This document shows, piece by piece, positions 15,388 through 23,040 of a stretch of 64,000 nt of DNA. The notes beneath the pieces are model-generated. The model made no database searches. It was given only the letters and a program-made list of their open reading frames with translations, and was not told the origin of the DNA. Origin of the DNA: Elusimicrobiota bacterium (lineage in GTDB: Bacteria > Elusimicrobiota > Elusimicrobia > Elusimicrobiales > UBA9959); NCBI GenBank assembly GCA_003450815.1, contig DMES01000002.1:5591-69590 (forward strand), written 5' to 3'. A program made the position numbers and the translations under genes. Each line of letters starts with the position of its first letter. Positions within the stretch are counted from its first letter, which is position 1.

Positions 15388-16758
15388 ATGACCCGTGAAG
15401 AAATTCTAAACGCTGTAAGGGCCTACCATTCGGTTGCTTTTTCCGTTAAGCCTTTCAATAGGGAAAAGGACACTGTTCGCTACGCCGGAAGGGTGTTTGA
15501 CGAAAAAGAACTTGTGGCTCTGGTGGACTCGTCGCTTGATTTTTGGCTGACAGAAGGACGTTACGCCGAGAGTTTCGCCGAAAAGATCTCGGATTTTCTT
15601 GAAGTTGAAAATGTAATCCTGACAAATTCCGGCTCGTCCGCCAACCTGCTCGCGCTTTCGGCTCTGACATCAAAAAAACTAGGCAAAAAAAGACTTGTGC
15701 CCGGCGATGAGGTTATCACTGTCGCCGCGGGATTTCCTGCGACGGTGACTCCGATTCTGCAGAACGGTCTGATTCCGGTTTTTGTGGATGTGGAAATACC
15801 CACCTACAATGTAAATATTGAAGCCCTTAAAAAAGCTGTTTCACCTAAAACCCGCGCTGTCTTTCTAGCTCATACACTCGGCAACCCTTTTAATGTTGAA
15901 GAGGTAATAAAAATCGTTAAAGAACATGACCTGTGGCTTATAGAGGACAACTGCGACGCGCTCGGCAGCAGATATAGATGCGTAGAGGCGCAGCAATTTG
16001 GAGGCATAGGAACGTCCCCTCCGCGCCTCCACGCCTCCACGCCTCCACGCTTCCAGTACACCGGCACATTCGGGCATATCGCCACAATTTCTTTTTATCC
16101 AGCCCACCATATTACCACTGGTGAAGGCGGTGCCGTGGTGACCAATAACGAGCAATTGTCCCAGATCATACGCTCGTTCAGGGATTGGGGACGCGACTGC
16201 TACTGCGCCGGCGGGGAAAACAATACCTGCGGCAAGCGTTTCTCGCAGCAATTCGGTACGCTTCCCCCCGGATACGACCATAAATATGTTTATTCCGAGC
16301 TGGGCTACAACCTGAAAATGACCGATATGCAGGCGGCTATAGGTTCCGCACAAATGGACAAGCTTGAAATGTTCGGCGAGAAAAGACGCGGGAATTTCAA
16401 GCGTTACCAGAAGATGTTTTCCGCATACTCGCGCTTCCTTCTCCTTCCGGAGGCTACTCCTGGCTCGGATCCCTCCTGGTTCACCTATATTGTGTCCGTC
16501 AGGGACAACGCCCCCTTCAGTCGCAATGACCTGGTGACATTCCTGAACGAGCGCCGGATAGAAACAAGAAACATCTTCGCCGGCAATATGATTCGCCAGC
16601 CGGCTTTTATTGGCAGGCCCTGCCGTGTGCATGGGGAACTGAGCGTTACCGACTTCATCATGAACAATACTTTTTTCCTTGGAACTTATCCCGGTATGAC
16701 CGGCGATATGTTCGCCTATGTTGAAGACTGTGTCGCCGAATTTATGGGACGGTTTTAA
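15388..16758 (+). CDS. rfbH: CDP-4-dehydro-6-deoxyglucose 3-dehydrase (E1, PMP/[2Fe-2S] enzyme), carrying a repeat-encoded insertion
   Basis: GDEVITVAAGFPATVTPILQNGLIPVFVDV, FYPAHHITTGEGG (His in place of the aminotransferase Lys), DWGRDCYCAGGENNTCGKRF (Cys cluster) and SDPSWF. Confidence 0.85.
   Translation: MTREEILNAVRAYHSVAFSVKPFNREKDTVRYAGRVFDEKELVALVDSSLDFWLTEGRYAESFAEKISDFLEVENVILTNSGSSANLLALSALTSKKLGKKRLVPGDEVITVAAGFPATVTPILQNGLIPVFVDVEIPTYNVNIEALKKAVSPKTRAVFLAHTLGNPFNVEEVIKIVKEHDLWLIEDNCDALGSRYRCVEAQQFGGIGTSPPRLHASTPPRFQYTGTFGHIATISFYPAHHITTGEGGAVVTNNEQLSQIIRSFRDWGRDCYCAGGENNTCGKRFSQQFGTLPPGYDHKYVYSELGYNLKMTDMQAAIGSAQMDKLEMFGEKRRGNFKRYQKMFSAYSRFLLLPEATPGSDPSWFTYIVSVRDNAPFSRNDLVTFLNERRIETRNIFAGNMIRQPAFIGRPCRVHGELSVTDFIMNNTFFLGTYPGMTGDMFAYVEDCVAEFMGRF
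15971..16056 (+). repeat. 8-nt-unit palindromic repeat inserted in frame in rfbH
   Basis: The first arm gatatagat gcgtagag gcgcagca atttggag gcatagga belongs to the intergenic family. The second arm tccgcgcc tccacgcc tccacgcc tccacgct is largely complementary. It encodes RCVEAQQFGGIGTSPPRLHASTPPRFQ. Confidence 0.8.
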
Positions 16759-16842
16759 AGGCATAGATGCGTAGAGGCATAGCAGTTTAGAGGCATGGAG
16801 GCATAGCAATTTAGATGCGTAGAGGCGTAGCAATTTAGAGGT
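16759..16842. repeat. 8-nt-unit repeat array (10 units) after rfbH
   Basis: From 16761 the units are gcatagat gcgtagag gcatagca gtttagag gcatggag gcatagca atttagat gcgtagag gcgtagca atttagag. Confidence 0.85.
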
Positions 16843-16850
16843 GTTCTAAT

Positions 16851-17540
16851 ATGGCTATTGTCAAGAAGTACAGATCCGAGGTCGTCGCCGTTGAAAATCC
16901 TGTCTCCGACATCAGGACCGTTACCCTGCGGCCTCTTGAGAAGGCTTACAAGTACAATCCCGGCCAGTTCCTTCACCTGGCGCTTGATGAATTTGACCCG
17001 GCCAGACCATGGCCCGAATCGCGCTGCTTTTCCATGCAGAGCTCTCCGGATCAGGAGACGATTAAAATAACCTTCGCGGAAAAGGGGAAATTCACCGCGC
17101 GCATGGCGCGCGAACTCGCTCCGGGAAAAGTTATTTATGTCAAACTGCCCTACGGGGATCTGTTTTCAATAGCGCATAACACGCAAAAAACCGTCTTTGT
17201 AGCGGGTGGGACCGGTATTACTCCTTTTCTTTCGCTGTTTACCTCTCCGGAATTCGCTGCATATCAAAATCCCAGTCTTTATTTCGGGCTGCGGAGTCTA
17301 TCGCATCACCTTTATGCGGCCGACCTGGAAAAAGCCCTGGGTGTCAATCCCTCTTTTTCCGTCAAGCTGCAGAATGAGGAAAAAGACGGACGGCTTGATA
17401 TTCAGAAGATCTTCGGCGAAAATGGCCCCTCCGCCGTTTATTTCATTTCGGGGCCTCCTGTCATGATTAAAAGTTTTAAATCATTCCTGGCCTCCAACGG
17501 CGTCCCGCCTGAAAACATCAGAACGGACGATTGGGAATAG
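16851..17540 (+). CDS. FNR-family FAD/NAD(P)H oxidoreductase; candidate E3 reductase partner of RfbH but without a [2Fe-2S] ferredoxin domain
   Basis: RCFSMQS (RxYS-type flavin motif) and VFVAGGTGITPFLS (NAD(P)H-binding motif). It is 229 aa and has no N- or C-terminal Cys-rich ferredoxin module. Confidence 0.6.
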   Translation: MAIVKKYRSEVVAVENPVSDIRTVTLRPLEKAYKYNPGQFLHLALDEFDPARPWPESRCFSMQSSPDQETIKITFAEKGKFTARMARELAPGKVIYVKLPYGDLFSIAHNTQKTVFVAGGTGITPFLSLFTSPEFAAYQNPSLYFGLRSLSHHLYAADLEKALGVNPSFSVKLQNEEKDGRLDIQKIFGENGPSAVYFISGPPVMIKSFKSFLASNGVPPENIRTDDWE

Positions 17541-17555
17541 TATTGCCGGCAACAC

Positions 17556-17650
17556 TGTCCCCCTTGCCCGCTTAATCCCGCATCATTCCCGCCTGTGGCG
17601 GGAAGTAAGCTTTACCCCTTCAGCGGCTTCCACGCGGATGGCGGTGGGGA
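17556..17650. repeat. Looser two-armed repeat / hairpin region
   Basis: cccgc recurs 3 times at 10-11 nt spacing, facing gcgg(g) 4 times. The central perfect hairpin is ttcccgcc-tgt-ggcgggaa. Confidence 0.45.
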
Positions 17651-17738
17651 GTCAGTTTCAGCCGATTTGGACCGCCTCCTAAATGGTAAAATGTAATTAT
17701 CCCGGGAACTATGCAATTGCCGGTCTAGCGGAGGAAAA

Positions 17739-19265
17739 ATGGGGAAGAATATTTTTGACAAATTGTTCGTGCTTGAGATGGCAAATAACCATATGGGTGA
17801 TGTGGAGCACGGTATAAACATCGTCAGGCAGTTCGGAAAAGTATGCCGTAAATTTGATTTCCAGTTCGCCTTCAAATTTCAGTACAGGCAGCTTGACACA
17901 TTTATTCACCCCGTCTATAAAGGCAGGAAAGATATCAAGTACGTGGCCAGGTTCGAAGAGACCAGATTATCAGAACAGCAATTTCTTGAGATCAAGAAAG
18001 AGATGGACGCCAACGGGTTTATGGCCGTTTGCACTCCCTTTGACGAACCCTCGGTTGACCTTGTTGAAAAGCACGGTTACGACATAATAAAGGTTGCCAG
18101 TTGCTCGTTTACCGACTGGCCGCTTCTGGAAAGGGTGGCGGCTACAGATAAACCTGTCATACTATCAACCGCCGGCGCTCAATTGCATGATATAGACAAC
18201 GTGATGGCCTTTATGGAACATAGAAAAAAGACCTTCGCTCTGATGCATTGTGTGGGCGAATATCCCACCGCCAAAGAGCATTATGAGCTTAACCAGATAG
18301 ATTTTTTTCGGAAAAGATACCCCGAAGCCGTGATCGGCTACTCAACACATGAAGATCCGGATAATTACGCGGCTGTGCAGATAGCTATAGGGAAGGGCGC
18401 ATCTATCCTTGAACGTCATGTGGGCCTTAAAACGGAAAAGTATGATGTGAATCAATATTCATCCAGACCGGATCAGGCTGAGAAGTGGCTCTCATCCGCA
18501 CGGGACGCATTTACAATGTGTGGTGTCAGCGGTATACGACGCGACATAACCGGGAAAGAAGCGGATGACCTCAAGGGCCTTCAGCGGGGCGTATTCGCCA
18601 GTACGGATATAAGGCCCGGAGACAGAATAACCTCTTCCAATGTCTTTTATGCCATCCCGAACCTTGCCGGGCAGGTGCTCACAAACGATCTTTCAAAATA
18701 CACACTCTTCACGGCGAAGACGCATGTCCCGGTCGGCAAGCCTGTAATGTCCGGTGACGTTGAGTGCAAAAACATACGCGGAAAAGTTTTTGAAATAGTG
18801 GCGAAGCTCCGCGATATCGTACTGGAAAGCAGGGTGGCGCTGCCGCCCAAAATTGAACTGGAACTGTCGCATCAGTACGGGCTTGAGAAAATAGACCGGT
18901 TCGGCGCGAATATAATAAACTGCATCAACAGGGAATATTGCAAAAAGATAATAATCATGCTTCCAGGGCAGGAGAATCCTTCGCATTCCCATAAGAAAAA
19001 AGAGGAAACCTTTCAGATCCTGCATGGCAGCCTTATTCTGAATATTGACGGCGTGGAAACAGAGCACAAGCACGGTGAAATAGTGGTGGTGGAGAGAGGC
19101 GTAAAGCACAGCTTCAGGTCCGATTCCGGGGCTATCTTCGAAGAGGTCTCCACCACGCATTATAAAGACGATTCGTATTACGACGACGTTCAGATAATGG
19201 AGAACAAGAACAGGAAGACTGAAATAACTTTCTGGTCCGACTGGTTCCTGAAGCCGGTTAAATGA
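17739..19265 (+). CDS. NeuB-family (sialic-acid-synthase-like) aldolase with SAF domain and C-terminal cupin domain
   Basis: FVLEMANNHMGDVEHG, KFQ, IIKVASCSFTDWPLLE, KPVILSTAG, LMHCVGEYP and STHEDPD..ILERHVGL. A SAF-like segment follows, then the cupin HSHKKKEETFQILHG...GVKHSF. Confidence 0.6.
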   Translation: MGKNIFDKLFVLEMANNHMGDVEHGINIVRQFGKVCRKFDFQFAFKFQYRQLDTFIHPVYKGRKDIKYVARFEETRLSEQQFLEIKKEMDANGFMAVCTPFDEPSVDLVEKHGYDIIKVASCSFTDWPLLERVAATDKPVILSTAGAQLHDIDNVMAFMEHRKKTFALMHCVGEYPTAKEHYELNQIDFFRKRYPEAVIGYSTHEDPDNYAAVQIAIGKGASILERHVGLKTEKYDVNQYSSRPDQAEKWLSSARDAFTMCGVSGIRRDITGKEADDLKGLQRGVFASTDIRPGDRITSSNVFYAIPNLAGQVLTNDLSKYTLFTAKTHVPVGKPVMSGDVECKNIRGKVFEIVAKLRDIVLESRVALPPKIELELSHQYGLEKIDRFGANIINCINREYCKKIIIMLPGQENPSHSHKKKEETFQILHGSLILNIDGVETEHKHGEIVVVERGVKHSFRSDSGAIFEEVSTTHYKDDSYYDDVQIMENKNRKTEITFWSDWFLKPVK

Positions 19266-19855
19266 AACCCGTCAGGACCATCGTATGGGATGTGGATGAC
19301 ACGCTTAATGATCTAATGCGCGTTTGGCTGGATGAATGGTTCCTGCCGCGCAATATTCAAGTTAAAGCGCGGTATATGGATATTAAAGCCAATCCTCCGC
19401 ATAAAATACTAGGCATAAATCTTGAGGACTATCTCAGTTCTTATGACAAATTCAGGCTTTCCGGCAGTTATGCCCAAATGCCTCCGGCCGGCGCGGCGCT
19501 TCGCTGGTTTAAGGCTGAAGGTCATAACTACAGGCATATAGCTCTTACCGCCGTACCGCTTTGCGCGGCGCATGAATCCGCAGGATGGGTTTTCAGGCAT
19601 TTCGGGCGCTGGATAAGAACATTTCATGTGGTGCCGTCTCCTAGGAAAAGCGCCCCTGCGCCTCTTTACGAAGCAGAGAAAGCTGATTTTATAAAGCGGC
19701 TGGACCGTTGCGACTTCTTTGTGGATGACAGCCGGCGCAATCTTGCCCCCGTCGCGCGGCTCGGAGTTAAATGTGTGCTGGTTCCAAAGCCCTGGAACGG
19801 GGCAAAAGGCACCCTTTCAGAAGCGCTTGGTAAAATCAGGGGAATGAGGCTATGA
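19262..19855 (+). CDS. HAD-superfamily phosphatase-like protein
   Basis: DxDxT motif (VWDVDDTLND) near the N-terminus and DD in FFVDDS near the C-terminus. ATGA overlap with the upstream gene. Confidence 0.5.
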   Translation: MKPVRTIVWDVDDTLNDLMRVWLDEWFLPRNIQVKARYMDIKANPPHKILGINLEDYLSSYDKFRLSGSYAQMPPAGAALRWFKAEGHNYRHIALTAVPLCAAHESAGWVFRHFGRWIRTFHVVPSPRKSAPAPLYEAEKADFIKRLDRCDFFVDDSRRNLAPVARLGVKCVLVPKPWNGAKGTLSEALGKIRGMRL

Positions 19856-21657
19856 TAAAACTTTCCGATTATGTGATGAATTTCCTTTCCGGCCTTAAAG
19901 TCGGCAATATATTCCTTCTGCCGGGTGGGGGAGCCATGCATCTTGTGGATTCCCTGGGCCGGAACCGCGCTTTGAGCTATACCGGCTGTCTTCATGAACA
20001 GGCGGCTGTAATAGCCGCTGACGCCTATGCGCAGTATAAAGGGACTCTCGGAGTCGCTCTTGTTACCACCGGGCCGGGCGGCACTAACGCCATTACCGGC
20101 GTGGCCGCCTCGTGGATAGATTCCACTCCGCTGCTTGTGCTTTCGGGGCAGGCTAAAAGATGCGATCTTATTGGCAGCAGCGGCCTCCGCCAGAGAGGCA
20201 TACAGGAAGCCGATATCATTGCTATAGTAAAATCAGTCACCAAATATGCAGTAACCGTAATGGACCCGTATTCCATACGGTACCACCTTGAGAAGGCCGT
20301 TTTCCTGGCCTGTAGCGGCCGCCGGGGGCCGGTCTGGCTGGATATTCCGCTGGATGTGCAGGGCGCAAAAATAGACGAAAAAAAACTTAAGGGTTTTAAA
20401 TCTCCGAAACCAGCGGCTAAAGAAAGAAACCAGGCGCGGGCGGCGGCTGTCAGGGCCATCGAACTCCTGAACAAAGCCGAAAGACCGGTGATACTTGCCG
20501 GCGCGGGGATAAGGATGGCTGGCGCTTTGGAAGATTTCCGCGCCCTGGCGGCCGGATTAAAACTGCCTGTGCTTACCACCTGGCGCGCCGCCGATTTTCT
20601 GGCGGAGGACTGTCCTTTTTATTTTGGAAGGCCGGGTTCTATCGCCGGGCGCGGCGCTAATTTTATACAGCAGAACTCCGACCTTATCATTACTGTGGGC
20701 GCAAGGCTTGACCTGCCGCAGGTCGGTCATAATTACGGGCTTTTCGCCCGTGGCGCTAAAAAAGTGGTGGTTGACATAGATCCGAGGGAGATAGCAAAGC
20801 TGAATATGCGTGTGGACGTCAAAGCCGTATGTGACGCGAAGCTTTTCATATCGGAATTCATAAAAAATGCCGGCGGTGTAAAGGAAAAGAACCGTTCTCC
20901 CTGGCTTTCCAGGTGCGCTTATTGGAAAGCTACGTATCCTGTGGGGATGAACGTGCCTTCCGGACAAAATACCCGGGTCAACACCTACTCCCTGATAGAC
21001 GTCTTATCACGGTTAATGAATAGCGGCGACATCCTGGTCCCGGGGAGTTCCGGTTCCTGCGCCGAGATAACTATGCAGGCTTTCAGGGTTACGTCCGGGC
21101 AGCGCATACTGAACACTCCTGGGCTTGGCTCAATGGGTTTCGGCCTTCCAGCAAGCATAGGGGCCTGTATAGCCGGCGGCGGAAAAAGAACGGTAAGCGT
21201 AATAGGTGACGGAGGCCTTCAGCACAATATACAGGAACTTGAGACCATACATCGCCTAAAGCTTCCAGTTAAAATTTTCGTTTTAAGCAATAACGGCTAC
21301 AGTTCCATAAGGCTGATGCAGGCCAGGCATTTTAACGGCAACTATGTCTGCTGCGGACCTTCAAGCGGACTTACGGTTCCTGATACCGTGAAGGTGGCGT
21401 CGGCGTATGGACTTAAAACATACAGAATACATAATTCCCGGCGGCTTGCCGCGGACGTTAAAAAAGTTCTTGAAATGCAGGGTCCTGTGATATGTGAAGT
21501 CATGGTTGACCCTGATTTGGAGACTGCGCCGCGACTGTCTTCGGCTGTAAGGCAGGACGGTTCAATAGTATCAAAACCGCTTGAGGACCTTTGGCCCTTT
21601 CTGGACCGGGAAGAATTTGCGTCGAATATGATCGTGAAGCCGCTGGAAGAGTCATAA
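19852..21657 (+). CDS. Thiamine-diphosphate-dependent enzyme, acetolactate-synthase large-subunit family (YerE-like candidate)
   Basis: N-terminal LPGGGAMHLVDSL..HEQAA..TTGPGGTN, central FAD-like domain, and C-terminal GSMGFGLP...GDGGLQHNIQELET...NNGY ThDP motif. Confidence 0.75.
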   Translation: MIKLSDYVMNFLSGLKVGNIFLLPGGGAMHLVDSLGRNRALSYTGCLHEQAAVIAADAYAQYKGTLGVALVTTGPGGTNAITGVAASWIDSTPLLVLSGQAKRCDLIGSSGLRQRGIQEADIIAIVKSVTKYAVTVMDPYSIRYHLEKAVFLACSGRRGPVWLDIPLDVQGAKIDEKKLKGFKSPKPAAKERNQARAAAVRAIELLNKAERPVILAGAGIRMAGALEDFRALAAGLKLPVLTTWRAADFLAEDCPFYFGRPGSIAGRGANFIQQNSDLIITVGARLDLPQVGHNYGLFARGAKKVVVDIDPREIAKLNMRVDVKAVCDAKLFISEFIKNAGGVKEKNRSPWLSRCAYWKATYPVGMNVPSGQNTRVNTYSLIDVLSRLMNSGDILVPGSSGSCAEITMQAFRVTSGQRILNTPGLGSMGFGLPASIGACIAGGGKRTVSVIGDGGLQHNIQELETIHRLKLPVKIFVLSNNGYSSIRLMQARHFNGNYVCCGPSSGLTVPDTVKVASAYGLKTYRIHNSRRLAADVKKVLEMQGPVICEVMVDPDLETAPRLSSAVRQDGSIVSKPLEDLWPFLDREEFASNMIVKPLEES

Positions 21658-21658
21658 A

Positions 21659-22546
21659 ATGAAAATACTGTTAACCGGCGGGAAAGGCTTTATAGCGCGA
21701 AACCTGTGCGAGCAGCTGTGCACTGAACACCAGGTATGTGCCCCCGGAAGCGAAGAGCTGGACCTCCTTGACGCGCCGAAGGTCGGGAATTTTATTAAGG
21801 ATGGCGGGTTTGATGTTGTCGTTCACACGGCCACCTATGACGCCGCCCCCAAAGCTTCCACAAAAGATCCCTCAAAGGTACTTGAGAAAAACCTGCGGAT
21901 GTTTTTCTCAGTAGCGCGCTGCTCCCGGGATTTCGGTAAAATGATCTATTTCGGTTCGGGCGCGGAATTCAGCCGGGAGCATTGGAAACCCCGGATGGCT
22001 GAAGACTATTTTGACGCGAATATTCCCTGCGATCAATATGGGCTCTCAAAATACATCATGACCAAATACGCGCAGAGTTCAGCCAATATTTATAACCTGC
22101 GGCTTTTCGGGGTATTCGGTAAATATGACGACTGGCGTTACCGTTTTATTCCCAATGTCTGCGCCCGGGCGGCTATAAACCTTCCGGTAATCATTAATCA
22201 GTGCAGATTTTTTGATTTTCTCTACATTGACGATCTGGCACGGATAGTCAGTTGGTTCATTGCCAATAAGCCCAGCGGCAAGGTTTACAATGTCTGCACT
22301 GGCGCGCCGCAGGATTTTAAAACCCTTGCTGAAAAAGCGGTGAGAATATCGGGAAAAAAACTGAAAATAATCGTTCAAAACCCTGGATCCGGGGTGGAAT
22401 ACAGCGGGGATAATTCGGCGCTTCTGGAAGAGTTAAAGGGGTTTAAGTTCACATCCCCTGACACTGGGATAAAGATCGTATACGACTGGTGTGAAAGCCG
22501 CAGGGCCGATATTTCAAAAGCGGCGGCGGACGGTCAGCTTTTATGA
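21659..22546 (+). CDS. NAD-dependent epimerase/reductase (extended SDR)
   Basis: MKILLTGGKGFIARNL Rossmann motif and YGLSKYIMTKY (YxxxK). Confidence 0.65.
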   Translation: MKILLTGGKGFIARNLCEQLCTEHQVCAPGSEELDLLDAPKVGNFIKDGGFDVVVHTATYDAAPKASTKDPSKVLEKNLRMFFSVARCSRDFGKMIYFGSGAEFSREHWKPRMAEDYFDANIPCDQYGLSKYIMTKYAQSSANIYNLRLFGVFGKYDDWRYRFIPNVCARAAINLPVIINQCRFFDFLYIDDLARIVSWFIANKPSGKVYNVCTGAPQDFKTLAEKAVRISGKKLKIIVQNPGSGVEYSGDNSALLEELKGFKFTSPDTGIKIVYDWCESRRADISKAAADGQLL

Positions 22547-23040
22547 GCATCGCCACGGCCATAAAATCGCTGGAAAGACACATCTCCGACCCCCGGCTGG
22601 GCCTGCCTGAAGAAGTTTTTTTCTTTGTCAGCCGGCTGACCCCGATGGTAAACGTGGATTTGCTTGTAAAGGATGAGAAAGGACGGACGCTTTTGGCCTG
22701 GAGGAACGATAGGTTTTCCGGGATGGGCTGGCATTTACCCGGCGGAATTGTCCGTTTCAAAGAGAAACTGGAAAATAGGGTGATGAAGGTTGCAGAAGCC
22801 GAAATCGGCGCGTCGGTCAATTTTGATCCGGCGCCTGTCGCCATAAATCAGTTCATCTGCGGCCATGATACCAGAGGCCATTTTATATCGTTGCTGTATA
22901 AGTGTTCGATTTCAGGCGGCTACGCTCCGCCCAACGAAGGTTTGTCCCCTACGGATGAGGGATATTTACGCTGGCATGGAACCTGTCCCAAAAATCTGCT
23001 TAAAGTGCACGAGATATACAGAAAACATATATGCCAATAA
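22543..23040 (+). CDS. Nudix hydrolase, GDP-mannose mannosyl hydrolase-like
   Basis: Nudix box GGIVRFKEKLENRVMKVAEAEIG. The overall layout resembles WcaH/NudD (TPMVNVDLLV..., YLRWH). Confidence 0.6.
   Translation: MSIATAIKSLERHISDPRLGLPEEVFFFVSRLTPMVNVDLLVKDEKGRTLLAWRNDRFSGMGWHLPGGIVRFKEKLENRVMKVAEAEIGASVNFDPAPVAINQFICGHDTRGHFISLLYKCSISGGYAPPNEGLSPTDEGYLRWHGTCPKNLLKVHEIYRKHICQ

Noticed and set aside
9811-16842. CRISPR array as an explanation for the repeated intergenic units.
   Set aside because: The units are only 7-8 nt (16-nt super-unit) and directly abut, with no unique spacers. No cas genes are present, and arrays occur in both orientations and inside genes.
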